Shown here piece after piece: positions 38,437-51,776 of a DNA stretch of 64,000 nucleotides; position 1 is the stretch's first letter; each line of letters starts with the position of its first letter. The stretch comes from Cirrosporium novae-zelandiae (lineage: Eukaryota). The position numbers and the translations under genes were made by a program. The notes beneath the pieces were generated by a model, which saw nothing but the letters and a program-made list of their open reading frames with translations, did not search any database and had not been told where the DNA came from. The stretch lies in the NCBI GenBank assembly GCA_026023565.1, contig JAPETS010000034.1, positions 124,001 to 188,000 of the forward strand, read 5' to 3'.

Positions 38437-39526
38437 GTCGAGCTCCTCTCGGTCGATGCACGGTGCTTGTGAAGGCGCAATTGAAGCCAGAGAAGGGGAA
38501 TATAAAATTAGGCAGGTAGGCAAGTTGAATTACCCATCAAAGAAAGCTTGCACGACAAAAAATTCTAAAAGAAGCATTGTGGGGGGGGGCTGTCTTCAGA
38601 TGTAATATATGTGGAGGCATCTTCTCCGGGCGAACATTTTCCACAGTCAGTGCAATTATCCAACAGGCCTGGTCTGATAACAAAAGCTCGGCATAGATAT
38701 GTTTTTAGTTGATGCCGAGTACCCAGACCAGGAAGAATTAAGGCATAGTGCGACTGGGTTTGAATTCTCATGGCCTATAGGTGACGATTCAAATTTGCTG
38801 TAACAACACTACGAAGGTATCTTGAAGTAGAGTAACATTGGGTACAAATCAAGGGCAAACTCATAGCGGAAAACAACGGGGTTCGTGTCGACGCGGTTTG
38901 GCGCCTCTAATCCCTGTAAAAAAAAAAAAAAGAAGAAAAAGCGTGACGATTCCACCTTTACATTTTAATCCCTGTACTCCTTTTTCGCGATCAACCCCAC
39001 AATAAATGAGAAAATGATCCATTGGAGACATTGCTCAGGTAGATGTATAAGTTTTTGCGATAGTTGAATTGAGACAATATGAGGAGGAACTAATCGAATA
39101 ATTTTGCTCCAATATCATCTTTCACCATAACCTTGGACATGATATCGGGCGATTACCTAATTTGTATCCTAAGATCCGAAACTGAAGAAAGATCAGAGCA
39201 GAGAAAAGGACTCAAAGAGAAGTAATTGTCCGAAATTTTCCCAAAATACCAAAATAGCCGCCTCTGACCCAGCAATCTTTAACTGGATTGTGTGAAGAGA
39301 TAAGGTGTACATTCAACCAAAATACCAGGATACTTCAGATTTTTTGGGGAAGCTGTCAAGACCACAAACCCGTACAACCCAAGAAATTATATCTTGGCGT
39401 TCGTCTTGACAAAACCTTTCTGCCAATCACATCTCACGTCAGCTATCTAACCCTTCGATTATCTTTTCTAACTACAGCATAGCCAACCCATTCACCTAGT
39501 GCGTATTTTATGAACATTCTAGGACT

Positions 39527-41361
39527 ATGAGCATGGACACAATCGGCGACGTCCGAAAACGGCTGGAAGATATGAATCTCAAAAATGATGAGTGGGAGAT
39601 AGAGCAGGGAATCCCGCAATTCGAAGATCCCTTTATACAACAGTACTTTAATGGGAGAGAAGCTTTGATTGAACAGGAACACAAACAACGAAGTGGTGGG
39701 CACGAAGCTCCCTCGTTCCATAATCTTTGAACATCCTCTAACGATATTGACCGGAGAAAGATCATGCCTTCCATCAGTCTCTGTCTTCCACCGCCGCTGA
39801 AGCAAGCGCCATCATTGCGCAGATTCGTGAAGAGGAGCTCCAGACGTTATGGACCCCAGGTCAGGATGACAATGTTACCGCCATCTACCCTGGAATGATG
39901 TTCACTATGGCCAAGGAACGGATGGAGAGATCTTCCCGGCTTTACCAAATCCTTCAGAAGTTTCCTAAAGGAGCTTTACTTCATGCTCATCTAGATGCAA
40001 TGATCGATATGGATTGGCTCCTTGAGAAGAATTTGAGCACACCTGGAATATGCATGTGTTCCTTAGCAGCGCTTGGTACACAAGAGGAGCGTAAGGTAGG
40101 ATCGTTTTATTTCCAATATTTCGAGGCTGCTCCAATCGAGCAATCTTCTATCTGGATCTCCCCCCCTACAAGCCCGACCATAATTCCTATCAATCAAGCT
40201 GCCGAGACATTTCCTGATGGAGGCCGGGAAGGTTTTAAAAGCTGGCTTAAAAGCCGCGTCACAATCACCGTAGAAGAGTCGATCAGACACCAGGAAGGCG
40301 TGAACGCCATCTGGAAGAAATTCGCCACTTGTTTTCCTATCATTAACTCCCTCTTATTTTACGAACCAGTTTTCAGAGAGGCCTTACAACAGATTTTCCA
40401 TGAGTTAATAGAAGATCGGATCCATTACTGTGATTTTCGACTTGCCTTCAATGTTTTTGAATACCGTAAAGCAAATTCTGAATTACCAGAGGAGGGCTAT
40501 GAGGAATTTATCAAGGTCTTCGATGAAGAACTCTCAAAATTCCAAGCCACAGATGAAGGCAAAAGCTTCTACGGCGCCCGAATAATCTGGACCACTCTCC
40601 GAAGCCTCGACAACCGCAACCTCATCAACAGCATGAAAGACTGTATTACCCTTAAACAAGCCTATCCTCACCTAATTGCCGGTTTCGACGTTGTTGGCCA
40701 AGAAGATTTCGGTCGACCCCTGGCAGATATAACCCCTTTACTATTCTGGTTCCGAAAACGCTGCGTCGAAGAAGGCGTCAACCTTCCCTTTTTCTTCCAC
40801 GCCGGCGAATGCCTCGGGGACGGTGACGAAACAGACAATAATCTCTTCGATGCTATCCTCCTCGGAACCAGACGAATCGGGCATGGCTTCTCACTTTACA
40901 AACATCCCCTCCTAATTGAGATGGTTAAGGAAAGAAGAATCCTCATCGAAAGCTGCCCCATCTCCAATGAAGTTCTCAGGCTTACGAGCTCGATAATGTC
41001 ACATCCATTGCCCGCACTTCTTGCTCGGGGTGTTCCTGCCTGTCTCAGCAACGACGATCCAGCTATCCTGGGCCAAGAGAAAAACGGCTTGACGCACGAT
41101 TTCTGGCAGGCGTTGATCGGATGGGGGAATCTGGGATTAGCAGGGCTAGCTTCGTTAGCAGAGAATTCTCTCAGGTGGAGCTGTTTCGAGGATGAAAGTA
41201 ATCAAGAGTGGTTAAAGGGGATTAAGGATGGGGTTTTTGGAAAGGGGCTCAAGGCGAAAAGGTTGAAGGAATGGATGATAGATTTTGAGAGATTTTGTGA
41301 GTGGGTTGTTGAGGAGTATGGATCGCAGTATGGCACTCAGGAGTTACGAGGCGAGAGTTAA
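39527..41361 (+). CDS. Adenosine deaminase, ADGF/CECR1-like
   Basis: PKGALLHAH, GFDVVGQED, FFFHAGE, RRIGHG, ESCPISNE, NDDP motifs; intron 39696-39760. Confidence 0.92.
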
Positions 41362-41823
41362 ATGATGATCACGATATTGAATGAGCAGAATATAATGACA
41401 TTACGATTGTTAGTAGATTAAAGGAATTGTTTTTTATGTTCTCAAAATATAGACCTGAGAGCAACATATATAATCTCGAGGCTGAATATGAGAAGATATC
41501 GAGAGCAGTTTTGCGGTTGTTACATGATTAGCTGCTTTAACTGCTATCAGTTTATCGATAGACACCCAAGGGAATTAAGTATAGAACAGCAAAACATCAC
41601 ATTATTAAAGTAGTTCTTTACACATCATCATCCAACACCAGAGCACCATCTGGTTCCCTGATAATAGTACCAGAGCACCAACACACGCTATGCAACATCC
41701 GTGGTAGCACCCCCAGGCACCAATGCCTTTATACAAACGCCCTTACATGCATGATCCAAGTTGACGTCGTTTGATCCATCAACTTTATCCCAACTATCCA
41801 GAAATAACTCCATTGCAAGTAGT

Positions 41824-42498
41824 CTAGTCCTCATCTATGTCCCGATGTCGCGCAAGCACAAGACGCTTGAATTCTTTCGGGTCATTATCCCAAAGCTCTG
41901 CTGCTTGACCGTTTAGAGGGCTCGCGCTAGATGTAAATTTAGTACATATTTTTAGATAAGGAATGTGACAATGTGTCCTTACTTGTTTGGTTCCCCAAGC
42001 AAGCTCTGAAGACTAAGCAAGACACTCTGCACATTATAAACTGCACTCCACTTGTCTTTCAAAATGTCGAGACAGATCCGACCAGAGAAGTCTACATTGG
42101 GGTGAAAGATTGGTGTTTTGAATAAGACGGTTGGGGCGTGATATGGATAGTTTTCAGGAAATTGAAATGAGAGCTTAAAGGTTAGGCCTTCGTATGGAGT
42201 GTCGGCGGGACCAGTCATGGTAGCGGTCCAACTAAGAAGATTGCCGTCACCATCTGGGAAAGCTGAAATTCCGGGAGTAGAGGACATCATTAGTTGCATG
42301 AGTTCTGTCTGCAGCCTGCGAGATGGTCTCAGTTCACTATACATATGGGAGAGTGGAATTGAAAATAAATATAATAGCTAAGACATACCTTTTGACGACA
42401 CTCTGGGAATCAACTTTTCGAGGAGGAGCTGCGAGTTTGGCATTGACGCCATCTGGAACGGAGTTCTGGCTCTGAGGTTCACTCATGCTATAATCCAT
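41824..42498 (-). CDS. UBC11: Ubiquitin-conjugating enzyme E2-C (UbcH10/Ubc11 type)
   Basis: [58 protein letters not shown]; introns 42316-42388 and 41927-41982. Confidence 0.9.
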
Positions 42499-42699
42499 CG
42501 TGGTTTGTGTGTGATATTCAAGGACAAGGATCCTGGAACAGAATATAGAAACGATGAGATGGTATTTTAACGCAATGACTGTGTACGTTGTAGAGCTAAC
42601 AGTAATAGCAAACTTGAAATGATGAGTAGCGGGGTAGGAAGTCGTTTAAAGAAGGAGAGTAAGAGAGAATTTCTTTATTCTTCGAAAAGAGCGGATTTG

Positions 42700-42842
42700 T
42701 TGTTTACACAGCAACCAGCAACGGCCAACCGAATGCGGCTAGTGAAAAGTTACGTCAGAGCAAGGATGCGAACGAGGAAGGGCGGGCTCTTTTGCTCTTT
42801 GGCTCAGACGCGTCCGCTTAAATGAGTTGATTTGAGACGCGT
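42700..42842. promoter_or_regulatory. Candidate cell-cycle elements: two MCB boxes and one forkhead site
   Basis: ACGCGT at 42808-42813 and 42837-42842 (both in AGACGCGT); TTGTTTAC at 42700-42707. Confidence 0.55.
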
Positions 42843-42961
42843 GATTGAGGTCATTTCCACAAGGCTTACGACCATCAGATCTTATGGATGCAACTCCGTT
42901 TATTTATTATTCGGTCTGCTGTTCTGATAGTCTCATCCTTTACAGTAAATAATATCAAGAA

Positions 42962-44631
42962 ATGATTCCTCACTCGCAATTGGCGCCTTTGCCGACTCAG
43001 CTACCATTCAAGATTATTTCAAAGACAATAGGTCAGGGTGCATATGCATGGTAAGATTCGGTTCTGCGAGACATAAGTCTTCGATTGACTGAATTATCTG
43101 TAGCATCAAGAAAGCAAGGCCTATCGACCAACCACAACCAATCTTCGCTGTCAAATTCATTCACAAAGAATATGCCCTCCGCAATGGCAGACTTCCTAAA
43201 AAGCAACTTGATCTCGAGGTGACACTACATAAATATGTTGGCTTTCATGATAACATAATCCAATTTTTCGATTCTGGAGAAGACAATACATGGAGATGGG
43301 TGGCAATGGAGTTGGCTGAGGGTGGGGATCTATTCGACAAAATAGAGGCCGACTCAGGGGTTCCTGAAGACATTGCACATCTATACTTTACACAATTAAT
43401 CAGTGCAATTAGCTATATGCATTCCAAGGGGGTTGGCCATCGAGATCTAAAACCTGAAAATATTCTCCTCTCAGCAGATGGTATGCTGAAGATAGCCGAC
43501 TTCGGATTAGCCACCTTATTCTTCTATCACGGAAAACGGAAATTGTGCACAACACTGTGTGGAAGTCCTCCCTACATTGCCCCAGAAGTCATCGCTGGTA
43601 GTGCTGATAAACAGAGGAGAAAAGCTGGAACTGGATATGCCGCGGATCTTGTGGATATCTGGTCGTGTGGTGTGATTTTATTTGTCCTACTCGTCGGTAA
43701 TACACCGTGGGATGAGCCTACAAACCAAAGCTATGAGTTTACTGAATACATTCGGAGCAATGGTCGACCCAAAGGAGACGAGCTTTGGGAGAAGCTTCCT
43801 GCCGATGCGCTTTCTCTACTTCGAGGAATGATGAAGGTAGATGTAGACGCCCGGTTTTCATTGGAAGATGTTCGGCGGCATCCCTGGTTTACAAGAAAGA
43901 ACAGATATTTGAGTGATGATGGCCGCCTCACAGATCCAATCAGTCTCGCGACAACTATGTTCGAGTCTCTAAGGGTCAGCCTGGACAAAGAACCCGATAA
44001 AACCGCCCACCCAGACCAGATGGAGATTGAAAGCAGTCCTGACTGGACGAAGAAATTTTCTTCCACGCAACCGGAAACTCCAAGCAACGACATCATGTTC
44101 GATTGGGAAAGGCCCCCTCGACTTGCTGCTACGGAAGGGTTCTCTACCAGTCAGCCAGTTGACAATCCTAATGGACGCAGGAGCACGTGGGATAGCTCTC
44201 TCGCTGATGATCCTACATTCTCCCAATTCTCCCAGACTCCAAGTGTGCCTATTAGTAGAACGCAACTTGCGAGGCGATTTCGTGATATTCTTCCTTCTCA
44301 TACGTTCACTCGCTTCTACTCGCTCTGGAATTTCAATCTGCTATTGCCACTTTTGACAGAAGCCCTGCACCGTCTGGGTGTTCCGGTTGCCGAAGTACCA
44401 ATATCTGCCCTTGAAGGTGAAGATGATACTACCTGGATCAAGGTATTCACCCACGATGGTCGTGGCTGTCTGCTGAGAGGAGATATTTTGATAGAACGTA
44501 TTCACGGCGATGGAGGAGATCTATCTGAAGTGACTTTTAACAAGTCCAAGGGCGATCCTGTGGAATGGAGAAGATTCTTTAAAAAAGTAGCCGTACTTTG
44601 CAAAGACGGCGTTTATACACCCGAGAGCTAA
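42962..44631 (+). CDS. CHK1: Checkpoint kinase Chk1
   Basis: IGQGAYAC|IKK, AVKFIHK, HRDLKPEN, DFG, CGSPPYIAPE, LLVGNTPWDEP, SQ/TQ-rich linker, KA1-type tail TRFYS..KGDPVEWRRFFKK; intron 43051-43103. Confidence 0.93.
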
Positions 44632-46801
44632 TTGGGAAATCCGATCATGTCCACAATTAGTCCGAAAAATTATGGAGAATATGAGCACATGGAGTTCTAA
44701 TGCGTTTCAATGGACATTATAACTAGGTAGATACTAATAGGGCAAGCAGACAATATGACATGTACGATAACTTATTGAAATGACGCCGTTCGAAATAATT
44801 CCCACCGATTCTATGCCCTAGATCTAACATTTGACTGAGGCCACTAGAATCTTCCTAGATTTATTAAGTTGTCCTCATCCTCATCTCTAGGTTCATCGTG
44901 AAATTTGTTTTTGTCAATATCTTATTCTCAGCCTTCGGCTCCGATTTTGTTGTAGTTCCGTCCTACTCAGAGTTCTCTAATACCACATTTCAACTAGCTC
45001 CTCTATCGTTTTTACCAACATAAATGTTACGACGTTTGATAATCAGAGGTTTACTTATTATAACAATATTCCTTACCTCTGGTTCATCAATTCGAGACGG
45101 ACAATGCCTGAACTTGGTATCATTGATAAAGATATATGCATCAGGGTTAACTAGAAGCAAATATTTCAGCAAATATACACCAATTGCATTTTTATTGAGA
45201 CCTGACATTATTAGAACGAGAATTATGAGCTCATACTTTCGGTCACACAAGGTGCGACGTTTGGCATCATAGTCTTATGGAAGAAATTAGTACCATCTCC
45301 TCCGCCTTATTAGATAAGTGTTTGGGGATCAATCATAGCTAAGAGAAACCAAGAGCGAGTATATCATGAATTCGGGGAGATATGATCTTCATATCTACAA
45401 GCTAGCATTCCTCGAAAACTTCAAGAAGGCAAATAATATTTATTCTAGCATGCACCATTCAGACACGGCTACAATAGACTCATAAGGAATGAAGAGGATC
45501 CTCTCCGAAATTGTAAATTTGATATTTTCTTTAATCCTTCTTTTTTATTAACATCAATCCCCAAAGAATAAATTATGATTACAATTTATATAAACCAATA
45601 GAGAACAATCAACAAAGGCCCTCTAAAATACAAGGCTGAGAGAGTTAATTGTCATGAAGATAGGAGCTATGCCCCCAGACACGATTGTTAGTCCTAATTA
45701 CTGCTGAAGATTTTCGGACGACACAGTCAGTTTGACATTCAGCTATCAATATAACAGTTTTCATTCTTACGTATATGACATACCCACAACTAGACTGCCT
45801 ACCACAGTACAGTAGTTAATATGTACTTAGGTCCAATATCTCGTGCCACACTCCGAGATATCCCTCGGAAGACTCCCGGGTTAGTGACAACGGCAACCCA
45901 AAGCCCACACAGCACATAAAATTAGAAGCGGTGGATAATTGGTTCAAGTGTACGAATATTAGCTGAGCTGCATCGGGAAAGAAGCACGATGATTGTTATT
46001 TTTTTACTACTCGAGTACGGTTAGCCATACACAGTGCCATAGTCTAATCAACTCGGAGGATTAATTGGACCGACACCCCTGGGGGCGCAATTTGGCCCCA
46101 GTGGTGCCTTGCCTAAGGCAACGCTAAAGTATGAAAATAAACAGGCATCTGAATCCTTTCAAACTCCACCTCAACCATTGTAATCCAATGAATTATTTCA
46201 TTCAACTAAACTCTTGTATTTATACAGAATGCCTCCTTTCTTTTTTATAAAATAAAATAAAGTCACTCTCTATTCAAGAAGGAATAATTAACGAGGCTAA
46301 TTACCTGATAAACTGACGTACTAACTAACTGATTTTTAAGCTTTCCTATGACATAAAACGCATCGAGTATCTACTTGTACCGGATGGGTAATAAGTCTCA
46401 AGCTGTAAGTTAATCAGATGGTCAATTAACTAATTACTACTGTAATAATTAATTCTTCTTTTATCATCAACCCAAGTTGATTCATAAAATACCCTAGTGT
46501 ATCCATCTTCCCTTTCTGATAGGGTCAAGGCTTTGATGGATTTAGCCCCCAATGGCAAATGTGTGTGCGTGCACTGTCCAAGAAGCGCCCTGGACTTAAA
46601 TCGTCTCCAGCATCTTGGTCTCTTGAATCCTTCGACAATTCATGATTCATGAATCAGGCTGAGAACTGGGAAAATTGTCTACATCTTTTCATATTCCTTT
46701 CTTCCTATAGATATCATTAGCTAGGCCGCCCAGCCCCGTCCCAGTCAATCCAGACCTCACTCCTCTCTTTCTCCCACTCTTTTATTCTCTCATGATTCTC
46801 T

Positions 46802-47776
46802 ATGAACATGAGAGAGCTCAAAGTCATTTTTTTAGGCGCAACCCTCCTTCCTAGTGTCCTAGCTACCTGCTATTTTCCTGACGGCACCGAGTCTTCAACT
46901 GACGTTGCCTGTGATAGCGGAGTCACTGATAGTTTCTGTTGCTACAAGGGACAAGCTTGTCTTTCCACCAAGATATGTCTCACGAATCCAGATGATGCTG
47001 TTCCCGTATACGCAAGAGGCACTTGCACAGATCAGAATTGGGAATCTTCCGCTTGCCCGAATTTTTGTCTAGGTATGCATGTCTTTCATTAATGGCCTAA
47101 TGTTGACCGCGAAACTAACATTCCCGCAGACACACAATCAGGTTCTGGAAATCCCATGTACAGCTGTAACACGACAGCCGACGAGTTCTGCTGTAATGAC
47201 GGGTGCTCATGCAAGACCTATGCTGGCTACGAGATTGTATCATACTCAACAGATGCATATACCTTGACTATCATCGGTGAAGACTTTACACAAACGCATA
47301 CATCTTCGGCCTCTACTACCTCTTCAGCAGCTACCTCATTCTCTACATCCACTCTTAGCTCTGGTTCCTCTACAGCTTTGAAGACAGCCAGCGCCGGGAG
47401 CTCTGTATCGTCTGTAAATAGTGCAAGCCAGACTAGCTCATCAACAAGTGAGGAAAAGAGCACAAGCAACAGCAGCAGTTCCACCAAAATCGGCATAGGT
47501 CTCGGTGTTGGTCTAGGAGTGCCGGCTATAGCGGCTGCCATTGGATACTTCGTCTGGCGATCCAAGAGAAGACGACCAAACCTTGCTACAGAACAGATTG
47601 CGCCAGTTGAGATGGATCCTAGGGCACCGTTTTCGGGATATGCGGCTCCAATGCCCTACAAAGACAATTCACCAGAATATAAACCCCCTCTGAAGGACTT
47701 TACGGCATCAGAGATGCCTGCTAGGGAGGCAGCAGCCCAGGAAATGGATGCTGGAACTGATGGGGTCAGGCATTAG
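46802..47776 (+). CDS. Single-pass surface protein with signal peptide, Cys-rich domain and Ser/Thr stalk (Mid2-like architecture)
   Basis: Signal peptide, CYFPDG..CC..C..C..RGTCTDQNW..CP.FC motif, ST-rich stalk, TM IGIGLGVGLGVPAIAAAIGYFVW followed by RSKRRR; intron 47073-47129. Confidence 0.85.
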
Positions 47777-48315
47777 GCATTAGGAACGTTTAAAGGACAA
47801 TGTGGCAAGACGTGAACCCAGCTTCATCTATTTACTTCAAACCGTTGGTCATCACCATAAAATAAGGATACCCAGGAGCTCAGAACAAGGATCTAGTTAG
47901 GAATTTTTTTTATGAGTGATGTAATATATTTATAATAGTTAGGATTGAGCTTTGGTTGCCAGTACATGGTGGCAATTCGGTTTGTTTTTATACCGCCAGC
48001 AGCCAGTTGAGATAATCTTCTTTAAAGGTCCATATAATGGTTTCATGGTGTATAGCACAGCTTTCAGGAATGATGCTGTGGAGTAACTAGCACAGTAGAT
48101 AATTAGTGCCTGGCGATGCTGCCTGGTACTATAATTTCTCAATGCAAGAAAACTCCCTTTTTTCTATTATACATGACTATCCAAAATCAATGTGGAACGA
48201 ACATAGTCCCTTCGTTGTACCCCCAGTCCTTTAAACTCATCCACCAATCATGAAACGGCATATAGCCCATCACAGCAGCATCTGCGTCGCACCTCTCGTA
48301 CTCGTATATAGCCTC

Positions 48316-48665
48316 CTATAGTCCCCCTAAGCCACCCATAGCAGCCGATTGCTGTTGTTGCATCTTCTGACCCATCTTCTGATAGACTTCAAAGAATTTG
48401 GAAACACATCGATCAAGGCAGACGGATTCGCCCTTGTTCAGCTCGCCTTCACGATGCTCGGGGGGTATGCACTTTTTTGTGCAGGCATCAGACATTCTGA
48501 ACTTTTATCAACATCCACTACGCTGGACAAAGAAAGCCATTCAGCAGTAGTCATGATTGTAGCTTACGCTTGGTATGTAGCATGTGCCATTTCAATCTCC
48601 GCTTCAGCCGCAGCAATCTTCTGCTCGGAGGTGAGTTGGGGTTTGCCGCCAAAGAGGAAAGACAT
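48316..48665 (-). CDS. TIM10: Mitochondrial small Tim chaperone Tim10
   Basis: [20 protein letters not shown]..|..[25 protein letters not shown] twin CX3C motif; intron 48497-48567. Confidence 0.93.
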
Positions 48666-48941
48666 GTTGAGTGGTGGGTAGGTAGGGATTGAATAGAGGG
48701 GTGCTTTGCAGATGTTGAGCTGAGGGAATAAGCGGTTAAATAATGCAGAAGGGGGGGGGGGGAGATATAAGGAAGAGTATTTGGAGGCGGAGATGAAAAT
48801 GATGACAGGGGAGCTTGGACCAACACCTTAATAAAATTTCTCTTCTTTGGTCGGCTTTCGACGGCTCTGAATTTCTCCAAGACGCACACACAATTATGTA
48901 CCAGCCTTTGCTGTGTACTTGTATAGCTCTAATAAGCCCTG

Positions 48942-50968
48942 ATGAATGTCTGTGCATCATGGCGAAGGTACATTTTCTTCATGTTATTTGATCTTACTTG
49001 ATACTCGAGGAAATGATGTGACAATGCAGAAGAACCGCTGCGAATGAGGCTTGCTTTTGCAAGAATATGCATATAAATTCTCTATAATAACTGATCCTCT
49101 TCCCAATTCCACCATTTCTTAGCTTTTACTTATAAACTCAGGCAAGGCTAACAATACGGTTGATGCATATAGCTCCGGTGGCCTTCAGCGTTCGTTGAAA
49201 ACGCCCATTCAATTGGCACGATGGTCACTGCGGTCAATTGTTCAAAGGCCCCAGGTACCTTACTACAGAAGAATATATTCCGCGACGTCCCCTGAGCAAG
49301 ATTTCCTTTCCGACCAAGCAGAACGTCGGTTACATGAACTCCAACACAATGGTGTGGTTATGCATCCGAGGATCGAAAAGGACAATCGCGCCATCAGCTG
49401 CGAGAACTTTATATCCAAGTATGTAGATATCCTTCCTACGCATACCCGAGAGAATGTGGTGGTCATCCGAGGTAGGCCCTTCACGCATTCTTACTATAAC
49501 AGAGTCCTAATTAACATCTCCAGGAAGGGTTCGATCTATCCGAATGGCAAGCTCCAAGCTTGTATTCCTCGACGTGATCGAAGAAGGTCACAAAGTCCAG
49601 ATCCTTGCCGATCTCCGAAACGTCGAAGGCGTGACAAGAGAAGAATTCAAAAGCGCCTACCGCATCATAAACAGGGGAGACATCCTTTGTCAGTCCCCCT
49701 CTCTCGTAAATATATCATTTTGAGAACCTCATTAACTAACCAATTCATTCAACCCACTAGCCTTCGTAGGAAATCCCCACCGCACCAACCCCGGCGAACT
49801 CTCCCTCAAAACCATCCAACTCCCCAAACTCCTCTCGCCCTGCCTCCACAACTTCCCCACCTCCAACGACACCACAGTCCTCGCCAACGACCGGCAAGCT
49901 GAGCTTCTCGCCTCCCCCACTGCCGCCCAAATTCTCCGCATCCGCTCCCAAATAATCCAGTACATCCGCCAATTCCTACTGGACCAATCCTTCTTGGAAG
50001 TTCAAACCCCCATCCTAGCCAGCGCAGCTGGAGGCGCTATCGCCCAACCCTTCAAAACGCAAGCAACCGAATTCCCGGACCGTCCGCTCGCCATGCGAAT
50101 AGCGCCAGAACTGTGGCTCAAACGCCTCGTGGTTGGCGGGCTGGACCGAGTTTTCGAAATTGGACCTTCCTTCCGCAACGAAGGGCTAGATGCAACGCAC
50201 AACCCGGAATTCACAACATGCGAATTCTACAAGGCGTACGCCTCGCTCGATGACCTCATCGAGATGACCGAATCCCTTTTCCACGGTCTATCCAGCCACC
50301 TCCAACCAGAAACTCCAACCCTGGCCGACCGCTCACGCCTTCAACCCCCCTTCCCCCGCCTAGACTTTATTACAACCCTCCAAGCTCATCTCCGTACTCC
50401 GCTCCCGGACCTAACCACCCCCACCGCGCTCCAAGACCTCCTCACCCTCTTCAAAAACCACGACCTCCCCATCCCCACAACTCCCACTCTCCCCCGCCTC
50501 CTCGACAAACTTAGCACTCATATCCTAGAACCCCTCTGCGGCGCCACCCCAACATTCATAATCCGCCACCCCAGAGTAATGTCACCGCTTGCGAAAACAA
50601 TCCCTCACCCAACCCTACCTGGACATCCACCTGTGTCCGCGCGCGCCGAACTCTTCATCAACGGTCGCGAATATGTGAATCTTTATGAGGAGGAGAATTC
50701 TCCGGTGGAGCAGCAGAAGAAGTTACGAGAACAGCTGCATTTGCAAGCGCAAAGAGGTGGCGAGGAGCAGGAGAAAGAAATCGATCAGGAGTATGTTGAG
50801 GCTTTGGGGTGGGGGTTGCCGCCCACGGGCGGTTGGGGTTGCGGAATCGATCGGTTGGTGATGCTGTTTACGGGTGCGAAAAGGATCGAGGAGGTTTTGA
50901 GCTTTGGGGGATTGAGGACTGTGAGTAGGATGAGTGGGGGGGTTAGGGGTAAGAAGGATGAGGCTTAA
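48942..50968 (+). CDS. MSK1: Lysyl-tRNA synthetase, mitochondrial
   Basis: EVQTPIL..AGGAIAQPF, MRIAPELWLKRLVVGG, FRNEGLDATHNPEFTTCEFY, GLPPTGGWGCGIDRL. Arg/Ser-rich presequence formed via intron 48968-49172; two further introns near 49472-49523 and 49689-49760. Confidence 0.9.
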
Positions 50969-51776
50969 GGTGAGGGGAGGGCCTTGGAGTGCTGAATATG
51001 TTTGATTAAGAGCATGCACAATTGTATGATGGTTGTTAGTATAGAATAGAATAGAATAGAAAAGAGCCATTGTTTTCAAGATCAATAGCCATCTCGAATC
51101 TGCAACACCAGATAAATCCTGGCCCTGTCCAGCACCTAACAACTAACGACTACTGGTCATTCATCTCAAAATAAAGTAGCTAGCCATTATCATATATAAG
51201 TATTTATTTTACAACGCTTAGCCCCCCCCTCACCCCCTCACCCCTTTGAAACGCCATATAAATTATCAATCATTTAAAAAAAAAAAGTAATAGCCCATAA
51301 AATTCATAATTCATAAGCATCATCATATATCACCAGCTTAGAAGAGCACAACATTTTATAGGCAAACGCACGTAAATAAATCAAAGTAGACCAATCCTCT
51401 ACCGCAACATTCGAAAGGGTGGGAAGAGGAAGGGGGTCGCAATACAGACTGCTCGCTCGCTTCAACAAAAGTTCCTCAAAATCGCCTCAGACCAAACGAC
51501 CTTATATACTCACACTTTCCTCAGCCCTCACCTACAATCAATCCAAAAAACCCCGCTCAAATGATCAAAATGTCTCATGCTAAATTTTAGTTCCGTACTA
51601 CCGAAACTAACGAAGTAACCGTTTATCAAGGCATTAGAGAGAACGAGCTTTCGTCGAGTTGAGTTGGAATGGGGTAGGGATAAAAATCAAGGCGCGACAC
51701 AAAACACATGCCTAAGAGTGGGGGTCTAAGGGCCTGATACTGAACTGAACTGCTGCTCTTTCGTTATGAAGCCTCC

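Noticed and set aside
46074..46106. Imperfect GC-rich hairpin
   Set aside because: Isolated and short, with no RNA family features.
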